A stretch of 64,000 nt of DNA from Eledone cirrhosa (lineage: Eukaryota). The position numbers and the translations under genes are program-made. A model generated the notes under the pieces. That model was not told the origin of the DNA, searched no databases, and saw nothing but the letters and a program-made list of their open reading frames with translations. Shown here piece after piece: positions 44,262-59,653 of this stretch; position 1 is the stretch's first letter, and the number at the start of each line of letters is the position of its first letter. Where the stretch lies: assembly GCA_964016885.1 (NCBI GenBank), contig OZ024758.1, positions 20,026,001 to 20,090,000 of the forward strand, written 5' to 3'.

Positions 44262-45912
44262 TTATACATATAATATGTGTATTTGTGCGTATATTTGTGC
44301 AAGAATATGTATGTATATATATATATAAACACATAGATAGATATACATACAAAGATATATGTGCGTCTCTCTGTGTGCATACATACTGTTATGTCTATTT
44401 TCATTGCATTTCTAAAATACTTTTAAAATTAAAAAACCTATCAACCTACTATCTATATTGAGCGCAGCGTTTTCCTGCTGTAATATGTTGCGGCTTAACC
44501 TTATCAGTGACACAATTTAATACGTTTCTCTTTATTGGAAAATATAATAAATATCAAGTAAGAAAAGAGTGAGGTGGGAAAAAATAAATGCGAACTCTAC
44601 ATTATTAGTTTGGCCATAGAAATTAGCTGCACCCTCTAGGAAGTTGACTGAAGCATTGCAGCCGAGTACAGCCAGTTATATCGTCTGCACCAGTTAATCT
44701 ATTTCTTTCAGCTTCCGTTCTTAAGCAAGTCCGGAGTCCGAGGACTTAACATCGACTGACACTGAGATATAACGCTAATCCACTTCCCGGTGTGTTTTAA
44801 TTTCCTTTCTTCAACGTAAAACACAGACCGTATACTCACAAGTGTAAACCCAATAATTATTTCGCTTTCTTTGCGTTTTAAATTCAACATTTAAGTTGTA
44901 GGTAGATACACTGTCCAACTTCATCGCTTGTGGTTATGAATCTACGTATAAACCAGAAACTATACCTTTATTATAGTATTTGTTTTTTATAGGGTTTCCT
45001 ACCCTCCATCGTAAATAAAAGTATTACTTTATTTGAACATTTTTCTTGTACGTTTAGTCACTCATAATTACACACACAAACAAATGTGTTTGTGTGTAGT
45101 ATATGAACACACCTTACACATACATGCACACATATACACACATACACACATACACACATACATACACACGCACATACACACACGTATATACACATACATA
45201 ACATACATACATGCACATACATACACATTCATACTTAGACATACACCCACATTCATACACATGCATACATACACATGCATACATACACATGCATACATAC
45301 ACATACATACACATACAAATATATATATGCATACATATAGAAAAATAAAACAAGTGAGCGAATTGACAACAAAGCATATTTTTCAAAATATGTGGTTGCT
45401 CGAGATGCAAGAAATAGCAGCGAAAACTTCCCAAAACCTCATCATATCTATAAATCATGGGGTGGTCAAATTGGATAATATTATCATAGATACAGTCCTT
45501 CTTACAAACGAATTAATCATATATCGGTATATGTTCCCACTGTTTACGAAGGGGTTCCATATCCCAGGGAAGTTCACTTTAAGTTTCATCGTTTCGGATC
45601 GATAAGATAAAGAACCGGTCAAGTATTAAGGTCAGGTTTAACGACGTCTCCTTATCTTGATCATGTTGGTCCTTTATGTTATTACTGTCTACCAAATATC
45701 TATTCATATCTTGCGGGGTTTGTTTAAGTGTCTCACACTACTAATGCCAATAACTGTAGGTTGCATTACAGTCAACGATACTATGAGATGTAATTTGATA
45801 AACAAACATGTTGAGGTTCTAATGTGTATATGCGTGTATGAACATGCAATTACATATACACACACACTCACACACTCACACACACAGAGGCACAACTATG
45901 TGAATACATTTA

Positions 45913-45982
<70 letters not shown>

Positions 45983-46039
45983 TTTCTGAATTTGTTAATA
46001 AATGAACAAACAAATAAATAAATGAACATACACACACAC

Positions 46040-46295
46040 AGAAACAAAATGGCGTAGGACAGAACAAAGAAGAGGCACAGAAACAAAGAAAGGAATCCCC
46101 AGTCACTGAAGAGGTCACAGAGTGTGTGACGAAAGAACTATGACTATATATAAACAACTATCTCGTTGTGGAACCAACCAACCAACCAGAAATTTATAAA
46201 TTTATAAAATTATAAATTTATAACTATATAATAAATTGAAGTGAAAGCAACTGGTGCGTGTGTTTCTTATTGGCAACATGACCCTTGCAAAGTAT

Positions 46296-46300
<5 letters not shown>
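46040..46300 (+). mobile_element. Second copy of family E (single arm)
   Basis: Colinear with 14201-14460 (ATGGCGTAGGACAGAACAAAG...GGTGCGTGTGTTTCTTATTGGCAA) and ends in (TA)n. Confidence 0.85.
46101..46145 (+). ncRNA. Minimal type I hammerhead ribozyme motif (family E)
   Basis: AGTCA-CTGAAGA-g-GTCACAgagtgTGTGAC-GAAA-GAAC-TA-TGACT. Helix I is 5 bp, helix II is 6 bp with one extra G after A9, helix III is minimal, and the triplet is CUA. Confidence 0.8.
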
Positions 46301-46336
<36 letters not shown>

Positions 46337-46464
46337 AAAGTTCTATTTAAAATTGTTGGGATACAAGAAGTAAATATTTGTATAACTGATATAAAGCACT
46401 CGACAAGTATTTGGAGTAGATATACGATATTAATAAATGTAAACTATATTTATAAAACCATATT

Positions 46465-46529
46465 TATTTCATTATGCATATTTCAGGGATACCAAATTAA
46501 ATTATGGTATGCATTCATCAGACAAAATA
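46465..46529 (-). ncRNA. Type I hammerhead ribozyme motif (family F, second copy)
   Basis: Nearly identical to 39748-39812 with helix III segment TATGCA; lies in the element at 46335-46602. Confidence 0.7.
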
Positions 46530-46709
46530 CAATATATAACAGTTTTACAAATAAGCTTTGACGTGCCCTTTTAAAGAGCGACCATTATTTTTGGAAGCCA
46601 TCATATATATATATATACCTAACGATCGACTTTCGTCAGATCGGACCCAGGAAACAATGTTTCCATTGGTCTTTCCAATTGCTAATACTATCTATTGGTC
46701 GCAACTCCA

Positions 46710-46800
<91 letters not shown>

Positions 46801-47017
46801 CAAAGAGGGGGGGGGATTGCTAAGATACCAGCTGGACGGTAACGCACCAGATTACTTAATTACTTAATACATAGGGTAGTAGAGTGGGTAATAGTAAAGG
46901 AATCAGAACGCCGACGGCTGAGGTTGGTTTCGAAATGACCGGAGCTCAGCCGTCGGGGTCTTGATACTTTGCACACACACACACACACATAGACACACAC
47001 ACCCACATATATATATG

Positions 47018-47092
<75 letters not shown>

Positions 47093-47152
47093 GCTTGCGG
47101 CTGTGATAAAAGTATACTCAAGCCAAAGTAGAGTTATATTCCTATTATGAAA

Positions 47153-47258
47153 GCTATATAGTGAGTCTTGTTACTCTGGGATTTCGCCAGTTTATCACGG
47201 GTCCGTTAACCACTGATAAACTGGCGAAACTTCAGAGTAACAATACTCACTATATAGC
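47153..47258. repeat. Fold-back hairpin containing a hammerhead-like 3' half
   Basis: GCTATATAGTGAGT...TTTCGCCAGTTTATCA / TGATAAACTGGCGAAACTTCAGAGTAACAATACTCACTATATAGC; arms are ~45 bp with a 16 nt loop. Confidence 0.85.
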
Positions 47259-47271
47259 CTTAATAAAAAGA

Positions 47272-47308
<37 letters not shown>

Positions 47309-47539
47309 GTATGAGTATATATAAATATATACATAGAATATATGTATGCATATATATGAATATATATGTTCTAACATATATACATATTCACACTTATACA
47401 CACGAGTGTGTGCGCGTGTCTATTTCTGTGTGAATCTATGTATAAAGGAGAGTGAGAAGGAGAGAATGATACAAATAGTGAAAGAGGAGGAGAGGAAGGT
47501 AAACGAGATATAGAGGCATAGCGTTCATGAAAACAAATG

Positions 47540-48060
47540 ACGGTAACATATTACTGCAAGTGTCCTGGAAAAACCCGTTATAAATCTGTCAGTTTCGTAT
47601 TTAATAAATCAGCTCTGTATTATTTACAATCAAATTTGAAAGCTCCATTATATTCTAGGGAAATATACCTAATAACTGTATACCTTGTTGAATATATATG
47701 GAAAATGTAGCAAACGTTAAACCATATGATTTAGAGCTATAGAAATTTTAGTTGTGATGTTCTAGATTCCAATTGTCAAGAATTGCTTCCGCTCCAACAA
47801 TCTTTGGTGCCTCAGAATACGCAATATGTATGCGTCTGTATCCATGTGGTTAGACTATCTCAGGAAATAATTCTTGGATAGATTGTGTGGCTAAAACCAA
47901 CCAGCAGGAGAGCCGGGTTTAGATAGACCGCGAGTAAGAGGGTTGAATAACATCTATGAGGTTGGTTATTCTAGCTGGATTTGGGATCCAATTGGATATA
48001 GTTGTACAAGGTTACCTCCGACAGGACTCGCTGGGAGGAGTGTTTGAAGACTCTGTTTCA
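47540..48060 (+). mobile_element. Old RTE-like LINE 3' fragment
   Basis: KPTSRR..DRPRVRGLNNI and SDRTRW resemble the RTE C-terminal GRPR.RW.D.I and DR..WR motifs. Confidence 0.45.
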
Positions 48061-48154
48061 CACGACCCTCACAGAACGAATGTGTAAATATGAGGAATTA
48101 GCAAACGAATAGGAAAAAAGAAGACAAATAAAGAGAAAATTAAGACAATTTTCA

Positions 48155-48342
48155 TTCTTCTTCTTCTTCTTCTTCTTCTTCTTCTTCTTCTTCTTCTTCT
48201 TCTTCTTCTTTTTCTTCTTCTTCTTCTTCTTCTTTTTTCTTTTTCTTCTTTTTCTTCTTCTCTTTCTTTTTCTTCTTCTTCTTCTTCTTCTTTTTCCTTT
48301 TCTTTTTATTTTTCTTTTTTTCTTTTTCTTCTTCTTCTTCTT
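48155..48342. repeat. (TTC)n polypyrimidine microsatellite
   Basis: Direct reading of the sequence. Confidence 0.95.
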
Positions 48343-48412
48343 AAAAAAATTGCAATATACATCCATCCATCATCCATTCACATAGACATATATATATATG
48401 TGTATGTTCATA

Positions 48413-48450
<38 letters not shown>

Positions 48451-48696
48451 CATACACACATACAAATAACTGATGAAGCGTTTGAAATGTGTTGTATCGA
48501 CACAAAAATTACTCATATGAGAACGGAGAAATTTTCAAGTGACAGGAAATTAAGATATATTTAATAGTATCGACATAATTTAACACATCTTGGGATTTCA
48601 CGCGATAACGGGAAGAAGACTCATTTCATACCGGAATCTCCAAATGAGCTAGTGTTCAATACGGGAAGACTTACCTAAGATGCAGAATATGTATGT

Positions 48697-48766
<70 letters not shown>

Positions 48767-48770
<4 letters not shown>

Positions 48771-48960
48771 AACGAGTAGAACCCCGACGGCTGAGATCAA
48801 GCTGTTTCGATGTCTAATTCTGTCCAGAATTAGCCGTCGAAACGGCTTGAGCTCAGCCGTCGGGGTCCTACTCGTTCCTATTACCCACTCTATTACCCTA
48901 AGTATTGAGTACTTTGGTGCGTTATGATCCACCTGGTTCCTTACCACATTTCCTTCGTTA
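48767..48960. mobile_element. Fold-back hairpin element in (TA)n (family H)
   Basis: ~114 bp hairpin at 48767-48880 (TAGGAACGAGTAG...CCCCGACGGCTGAG...CTCAGCCGTCGGGG...CTACTCGTTCCTA) plus a unique tail. Relatives lie at 5084-5279, 25135-25264 and 46799-46972. Confidence 0.8.
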
Positions 48961-50162
48961 TATATATATATAAACGAGACGTCCGTCTGGGAAGAGATAT
49001 ATTCGATATGTCTCATATGAAATAATACAGCCAATTTTACATATATATATATACATATATCTATATGCGTGTGTGTGGGCGAGTGTGTTTAAACATGTTT
49101 CTCTCGTGTAAATGTACATATAACGACATCGGGTTGTTTCGTAAATTTCGCTGAATTGGATATTCTTTTGCAGAAAAATGCCAATGTGTGGGGGGTTCAG
49201 GGGTTATATGTGTATATCTTCTATCTAGAAGCATCGACAAATTGTGGAAAGTAAATTGATTTATTGTTGCCTTCAGTCCTTATACAAATCCCCTCGGATA
49301 AACATTGGAAAATCGAAACAATTCAATGTCAGTGTCGGGCACTGCAACGTCTACGTACTTTCACCTCACTTTATCAAGATCTGGATCGACATGCGCAGAC
49401 GGATAGGAAGTGGTATCGAGACAGTTGGGCTTAAATTTAGTCGCTATGAGTTTTCAGATAGCATTGTACGTCTTGTCGGAATGTAATCGTCGACATGAAC
49501 TTGACAGGCTTGCTGTTCAGTGCAACATGACAAGAACGGAAATCAGTGGTGCGTCAATGAGGCATGTGTCTCCTTATGAAAGCCTGCGCAATGCACTCAT
49601 TATTCCTGTTTTACATAGATATCTGCAGACGGATTAACCTCTTTGTGACATGGCGGACTTGTTATGTTTTATAACCTTACATGCGGGAAGCAGTAAGACC
49701 GCATATTGATATGTCTTCTCTTTATATCGCATACATCCGAAACCCCGCCTATACAATACACATGTAACATTATTACGGGGATAAGGCTCCTAAACTTATT
49801 ATGTTTAAGCAACACGATTTTTCATTTCGCATAAACATTACAATATCCTTCACTCACGATTCTCTATATTTACTAAAGATTTATTAAATATGTAATCATA
49901 TTTATATTATTTATTTAAGCGAAGTTGTGTATTTGCTTATCTAATTATTGAAAACAACATCCCACATTGATTCCGAACGAAGCCATCGGATAAGATAACA
50001 ATTTCTCAACCACTGGACTGAATTTTTTCCACACCTGTAAACAACGGAAAACAACGTAGAAAAACGAATCAATATCTACCAAACGTTTGTTGTCTTATTC
50101 TTTCTTTGTTCAAGATAATATATGTGTCTTTGTAGTTCGAATATTCACAGTCATATAACGCG

Positions 50163-50283
50163 ATAATCGGAACGCAAAAGAGAATAACGCTCTATCAACA
50201 CTGTGTTCGATTTATCATTATATTGAGTTCTAACATTGATAAAAGATATAGTCAAACTAGACGGATTACTAGTGGATTTATAA

Positions 50284-50366
<83 letters not shown>

Positions 50367-50498
50367 TTATATTATATTTATAAATCCACTAGTAATCCGT
50401 CTAGTTTGACTATATCTTTTATCAATGTTAAAACTCAATATAATGATAAATCGAACACACCATTGATAGAGCGTCATTCTCTTTTGCGTTCCGATTAT
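50163..50498. repeat. Inverted repeat with ~125 bp arms around a (TA)n spacer
   Basis: 50163-50290 is the reverse complement of ~50371-50498 with few mismatches. Confidence 0.95.
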
Positions 50499-50715
50499 AC
50501 ACTGGGTAATTGCTGGCCTTGTGCCTAAAGTAGAAACAATTATTCTTTTCCAATAAGCGTAAATATCTCTACGTTCGTCTTGTTTGTTTTGGACTACACA
50601 CACACGCACCTACACACATATATATATCACATGAACAAAGTCAATTATGTATGTGTGTGTAATTATTTCAGTAAACACGTGTGTTGTCAGATAGATTGAT
50701 GTATATATATATATA

Positions 50716-50783
<68 letters not shown>

Positions 50784-50880
50784 TTCACATATATAAACGT
50801 ATATATATATATATATAAATATATATATATATATTTATAATATATATATATATATACATTTATATATATATATATTTATA

Positions 50881-50912
<32 letters not shown>

Positions 50913-50946
50913 ATATATATAGATATATATACACATATATATATAT

Positions 50947-50991
<45 letters not shown>

Positions 50992-51012
50992 TATATATAT
51001 ACATATATAAAC

Positions 51013-51055
<43 letters not shown>

Positions 51056-51108
51056 TGTGTGTGTATGTCTATGCACACGTGGTAGGGCGAGAAATAACAT
51101 TTTAATTT

Positions 51109-51172
<64 letters not shown>

Positions 51173-51268
51173 ATATATTGTATATATTGTATATATTATA
51201 TATATATATACATATATATATGTATATATTGTATATATTATATATATAGATATATATATATGTATATA

Positions 51269-51424
<156 letters not shown>

Positions 51425-51432
51425 GTATATAT

Positions 51433-51499
<67 letters not shown>

Positions 51500-51508
51500 T
51501 GTATATAT

Positions 51509-51583
<75 letters not shown>

Positions 51584-51652
51584 AGTGTATGTGTATGTCT
51601 GTGTGTATGTAACTATGCACACGGGCTAGGGCGAGAAATAACATGGTAATTT

Positions 51653-51701
<49 letters not shown>

Positions 51702-51908
51702 GTGTGTTCAATTATATATATATATATAATTGAATACACTTTTAATGAGTTTCAAATGGAATAACATCAATAAAATTGAATATATACTTACCTTCCGGTG
51801 TTTAAAAATGAGAAGCCTTTTCATTAATCTGTATATATTGTTATTATTCATTGATCATCCTTTCCTTATGTTACTTTGCACATTATTATTATTATTATTA
51901 TTATTATT

Positions 51909-52181
51909 ACAGTTGCATTTATCTTGCTTTATGTTCATATGAGTTATCGCCAAGAGACAACAAGGTCCGCCATGTTCAAGAAAGAACATACATACTCACA
52001 CATGCATCTTTAGTGTTTAGACTTGTGATGTACTTATATTGACAGAATCTTCCTTAGTATATGGGCAGTTCCCATTAGTATTATCTTTTGTATTTCTCCT
52101 ATACGCGGGTTTCCTGGGATTTGCGATAAGTAATCATTAGACCCCTTAGGTATCATTCCCAGAGCGCCTACAACCACTGGT
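51909..52181 (-). mobile_element. 5'-truncated R4/Dong-clade retrotransposon inserted in (TAA)n
   Basis: IPVVVGALGMIPKG...IQKIILMGTAHILRKILSI* matches the R4/Dong C-terminus; (TTA)n lies on both sides. Confidence 0.8.
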
Positions 52182-52236
52182 ATTATTATTATTATTATTA
52201 TTATTGTTGTTATTATTATTATTATTTTTATTATAA

Positions 52237-52581
52237 AGATGGGTGAGAGAAGCAAGTATGGCCCGAATGAATGGGCCTTCTCTCAGTATGTGTCTGTAAA
52301 TTAAAGGTGGAAAACTGGGTGAGGGCACTTGCCCAGGTGGTCAGGGTCACTGTGGTCTTTTAATGGGCTTTCTCCACAAATGTCCCTCGGAAGTCTCCCC
52401 CCTATTGGGGAATTTTTCTTTGTTATTTTATTACATCCTCTGTTTTTTTTTTACACGCAGAAATGCCCATTTGTACAGTCCTGTATTGTCCTGTACTGTC
52501 CTTAATGTCTACTTTATGTAAACCCTTGTGGTTAATAAAGAAAACATTATTATTATTAATTATTATTATTATTATTATTAT
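52237..52581 (+). mobile_element. 3' end of a LINE, probably L1-Tx1-like
   Basis: Short ORF end RWVREASMARMNGPSLSMCL*, then a 3' UTR with AATAAA and a (TTA)n tail; the last ~130 bp recur inverted at 24235-24377. The clade call is tentative. Confidence 0.5.
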
Positions 52582-53066
52582 ATTCAACCAAACCACACTC
52601 CTATCCACGTATCCATCGGTGCTTGAATTGTTCGTTTCTTCTTCTGATATTACTATATTATTTTCAAATGTCAATACGTTCAGAAATGTGGACATGCTAA
52701 CGAATGGAAAAAAACACACTTTTTCTTCTTTTCATAATTTTCTCCATTTATCTCTGTCTCTCTTTCTTTCTCTTTCTTTCTGACTCTCTCGTTCTTTCCC
52801 TCTCAATCACAATAACTTACCCACATACTCTCTCTCTCTCAATCATACTATCTCTCTCACACGCGCACTCCTCTCTCTCCCTCTCTCCCTTTCTCTCACC
52901 CACGCACTCTATCTCCCTATGTCTCTTTCTCTATCAATCAAACTGACGCTCACACACTCTCTCACGTACAATCTTTCTATCTCCTTCTTTATGTGTGTAT
53001 GGGCGTATGTATGCATGTACATATCTGTAAGCATTTATTTCTGTATGTACATTGCTGTGTATATAT

Positions 53067-53124
<58 letters not shown>

Positions 53125-53280
53125 GTATATATTACTGCATTATCATTTCATACATGTTCACCTATAAAGAACATGTATTTCTGAGAATCAAGATGCTTTT
53201 TATAAATTATATTTTACAGTCTTTTGGCCACTACATTTTGTCTCATATTTAGATAGTACCGTGATAGTAGCTTTGTCATG

Positions 53281-53410
<130 letters not shown>

Positions 53411-53829
53411 TGTGTGTGTGTGTGTGTGTGAGTGTGTGTTTGTACATAGGTATGTATACCTGTTTGCTGCACTTGCCAATATATAACTTCAAATGCTGAA
53501 TGTAGCCATTGTAAATCTGTTGAAAACCCAACTCTCTGGGGTAGATAGACTTACTGAAGTATAATCAGATTTCGCACCTTTTTGGGTTAGGGAAACCGAT
53601 GAGAGAACAGTAAGATGGTGGTGTGGGTTTTGCAGTTCAAACTCCGTTGGTACAATTCTAGAATGTCCTTCTCCATTCAGTGATTGAATAACCCAGTTAC
53701 TCATTCCACTTGCGTGAGAAGGCTGGACACAAATTCTGTCAATTCATGCTTCAACCCTCCAAGCCAGTGATGAAAGTATGACATACCATAATCTGATTAA
53801 CATTGGTAAAATACGTAGTTCAGAGCGTC

Positions 53830-54870
53830 TTTCGTTTGCAATATTGGAAATGAGAATGTAACGAAAAGAATATTCTATTTCATCACAGAGATTTGAACAA
53901 GAACTCCTGTACTATAGGACTGAATCGATGTTGGTCCTGTTCAAGCGTAAACGCCAAAAGGAAATTCTGATCTTTACCATGGTATCACTCTGCTGGAAGC
54001 TGCTGATGCAGTGCTTTATAGAATACGGTTGAGCAATGTTCTGAAAGTAATCTCTCTTACAGTCTTTTCTGAAACTCAAACTGGCATTAGCTCTGAGAAA
54101 GGGACACTAGGAAAATGTAAAAGAAATTATCTGAGAAGCATGTTACTCAGTATCAATTCTGTTTATATGTCAAACATGTTTGACTTAGTTAACAAGTTCT
54201 TGGAATATATGGTTCTTACCAAGATTCTGAAATACGTTAAGGCATTTGTTCAGGGATATGAATGTTGGAGTTGCTTTTAATGAAGAATTGTCAAACCAAG
54301 AAAGAAAGGTCACAGCTCCCACGCACTTTATAATATTATTTGCTGTACTGCTTACATATTCATTCTAGAACTGGGAATACATCATACTCTTACGTGTGTG
54401 TTTAGTTGGACAAGTGTCAAATTCAAGTCGAAAACATTCCAGGCTATAATAAGAGAGCTCTTCATGCTATTATGTCGATATGAAATATTTTACGTATACT
54501 GCCAGAGAAAAACAAAGCTAATATCAAATCCGAATCCATGTTAACCCTATGTCAAACCAACAATTAAAGTGCAGGGTACTATATAGTGTGAAGTTGAGGG
54601 AACAAAACTTGCCACAAAACATGATGAAGATACAAGGACTACAAAATGAAAGATCTACAGATTCACATTGAGAACTGGAAAGGCTGAATGATGGAGATAC
54701 TTAAGGAGGACTGAAGAATATGAAAACTTCGTATGGTCCACATTGTGAACCACAATGTGAATCACAATATGAAAATATGGACTTGGAGATGTCAAAAATG
54801 TGGTCGTGAACGTCTGTCAAAATGGGGCGATGGTAATTATTTAAAGTCGCATGAAAGAGTAACTGTATTA
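53830..54870 (+). mobile_element. Decayed, internally deleted RTE-clade LINE
   Basis: YHGITLLEAADAVLYRI, SETQTGISSEKGT, FDLVN, and a C-terminal CQKCGR...LKSHER zinc-finger-like motif. Confidence 0.7.
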
Positions 54871-55364
54871 ACACTGTCGTTTCAAGACCAGGTGGGAATA
54901 TCGGTGTGGTGTGAGGAATAATCTGTATATGGATACAAAGACAAAGGGGTGTTTGTTTGTGTGTGTGAGGGCAAGGTATGTGTATACAAGCGCAGTTATG
55001 TATGTGTCTGATTGCATGGGACATTACTGGCTAATGATTCTATCTGTGTTCAGGTGCGGCTATTTACGTACGCGGCAGCTACAGTTTCCCCATATCTCTC
55101 CCTTTCACTTAGATTTTAACTGATTTGTTTTTAATGTGTAAATGCAAATCGTTGTTTGACCACACCCACATCGGTCAACAGCCATACAGCACTATGGCCT
55201 CGCCTGGTCAGTAGATTATATAGATAAGGAACTGGCAGAAGTATGCCATTCCTCAAAAAATTCTTAACATGAGAGATCATTATTTCTGCAAGATTCACTC
55301 ACACACAACACACACACGGCAGACATCTAGCACACTGACACAGGCAACGCAAGAAAACGCACGT

Positions 55365-55402
<38 letters not shown>

Positions 55403-55546
55403 CCCTCTCTCAGGCGTGAAACTAATGTTAACATTTTCTACTGCCTCTTCGCTTCCACGATGTTGTTGTTTTTTGTTTACTGTCTCAAATATAAATCTAT
55501 TTCTATATATACATATAGATATATTACCTATCTCTCTCTCCTTGTA

Positions 55547-55640
<94 letters not shown>

Positions 55641-55751
55641 CATCGAATTATATATAACCATATGGTGACACAAGTATATGAAGTGACCGATAATAATATA
55701 TCCAGATAGCCGAAACATTGAGGAAAAGAGAGTAATGAATAGCGTATAGCG

Positions 55752-55829
<78 letters not shown>

Positions 55830-56384
55830 ACAATGACAGAAGGGGAGAGATTGTCCGAAGTAAAACCAGGAATGCGAAAAGTAAATACAGGCTTAGAGTG
55901 AGCGAGAAATAGTAAGAGAAACTAATAGAAAGATTGAGTGTCTTTGTGAGAGGAAGATGGAAACACGGAAGAGATTGAAAGAGAAGGCGAAATGTCAAGG
56001 TGAAATAATCTTATACAGGTAGACAGCTAGTTACAGTGAATAAGACAAACTGTGAGAGAGCGTGATTCTATAGAAAACAAGAGAAAATCATATGTAGCTT
56101 GGTCGATAGATCGATAGCCAAGCTGTTCGTATATTGGACATGAAAATTGTTAAGCATACGCACACATCAACAATTATGTAAAAACATAAATACAACTGTG
56201 TACGTGGCGAATCAGCCCCTGTACACGTACAAACTCAGCGCGCGTTCGAATTGTACAAATACGGGCGTGCACGCACGAAACTTTCAAGTAAACATACTTC
56301 GCACGCGCGTACACACAGTCGTATTTGTATGTATGTATGTATTTATTTATGTATGTATCTATGTATGTATGTATATATATATAT

Positions 56385-56430
<46 letters not shown>

Positions 56431-56437
56431 CAAGTCG

Positions 56438-56513
<76 letters not shown>

Positions 56514-56569
56514 GTTTGTGTTTATGGGTACGAAGATTAAAATTGTGTGCAATACCGAATTATATAACG

Positions 56570-57800
<1,231 letters not shown>

Positions 57801-58442
57801 GTATGCATATTGAATATATCGGACTGAGAGATGGTCTATGTCCTTGAGAACTAAACTTTATTGCACGTTGATCTAGTTCACTGAGCTGGGGTAATACGAT
57901 GGGACGTCACTGGTACCAAGCTGTTGCGGTTTTTGCCTTTCTTCCGAGAACATTGCTGGGGTGGAGAGGTCAGACTATTATGCATATGGAACTGTCCCTC
58001 ATTCCCAAAAGAAACTTATCGCATTGTTGCCTCGCATGGGATCATAGCGGGAAGACGATAATCTTCAAAACCCATAAATATGCCAAGAATGCCGTTGCTT
58101 CTCACCGACACAAATACTTTAGTCTGTGTGCTTTCCACAAATGAAAGTGCCCGAGGCGTTGTGAGCATTTGATGGTATATCAGTTGCTAAACTGTAGCCG
58201 TTGGCTTTTCTTCGACCGTTACCTGCAGCTCTCACGTTGAGATGAACTAGGCACACCTTTTTCTGGTGAACGGTGACCACATCCGTGCAAGATCAAGGGA
58301 AGTCCTGTCAAAATGTTCCATATATTTGCTTAATTGTAGCAATTTGGATGGCTTTCGTCTCCTGGCTATAAATAAAATCTATCTTTCTAATTTCTTTTTT
58401 CATTTCACCTTCCATCTTCTATGAATGATTAGTATATTATAT

Positions 58443-58528
<86 letters not shown>

Positions 58529-59653
58529 AAGCATAATATATGTGACCGTGTTCCTTTGCAATTGCAAAACTTCGTTAAATGTATGTGTCGAATACTAATA
58601 TATATAGTCCTTGCCTTAATTCAGAAGTAACAATCTCGTAATTTCGTGCAATGAATTATTTCGATGAACAGTGAAGTAAATACGATATAAGAAATTATGT
58701 TGTAGTTATATCGCAATCGAAGAAACAAGAAATTTAAGATGATCTGTGGTGATATTTGAACTCACAATATATTTAACACCGCTCATTCACTCGAGGACAT
58801 TATACAGATTCATCAACTGTCATCCCCACAGAGCAAAAGATTGTAAGTGCAGAAGCACTTTTAAAGAAAAATAACTTTGGACTGAAGTTCTTTGTTACGT
58901 ATTTGACATTAAAAAAACACACCTTTTGAAGAATGAAAGAAAGTCAAACAATAACATTTCCTCTCTTATATACTTGTAGGATTCTTGAATATTTAAGGTA
59001 TAATAACACTTATTTTTTATAAACATTAGCGTTGTTATAATACAAAAAAAAAATTAAAGCTGTCAGGTGATTAAACGGAGTGATTCGGATGGGCTTCTGT
59101 GACAGGTCATTAACATCCTTCATTCAATTTCAGTTCGGCCCCGAAAGGTTACATATCAAACTTTCTATTCTTATTTAAATGATACTTATTCGTTTAAAGG
59201 AATGTATTACATTTGCATACAAAAAAGACATTGTATTAGACAGGCGTCAACTCTCTGAACCAAACATATGAACGAAATATGTATTATTTCGTTTTGTGCA
59301 GCAGAACTTTGTGCTAAGATCGATATTAACTTTTATTCCACCGAAAACGGAATAAAGCTGCATAGAATTATAGGCTTGATAAATGTTGTCGATTATATAA
59401 AATCTTTTGCCCCAACGGCCATAAATTCTTGTGTACTTTTTTGAATAGTGATTTTTTATGTTATCATGTTTAACGTTTTGTAAATGTAACAATAATAACT
59501 AAAAATAAATATATAACAAAATAAAACGTCAAGGATAAATATTTTGATATTTGTTGATTCCGGCAAAAATAAGCATTCTAGTACCGAAGTAATTCCATCT
59601 CATGCCTACACACTCAACAATATATTCTCTACTCTTTCAGCATGATGTTTACA

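Noticed and set aside
44700-44830. Possible Tc1/mariner transposase remnant (GKWI...SPRTPDL) on the minus strand
   Set aside because: Only one short motif, with no TIRs or other catalytic motifs seen.
47905-47945. Resemblance to a 28S rRNA segment (GAGCCGGGTTTAGA)
   Set aside because: The match is very short and the flanks translate as an RTE LINE C-terminus.
48058-48366. Lys/Arg-rich protamine-like ORF
   Set aside because: Translation of a (TTC)n microsatellite.
48465-48500. CTGATGA...GAAA hammerhead-like spacing
   Set aside because: Helices I and II do not pair convincingly; the same applies to 4620-4665(-), 18452-18465(+) and 23298-23330(+).
57850-58380. Possible LTR retrotransposon RNase H remnant
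   Set aside because: Motif similarity too weak to call by eye.
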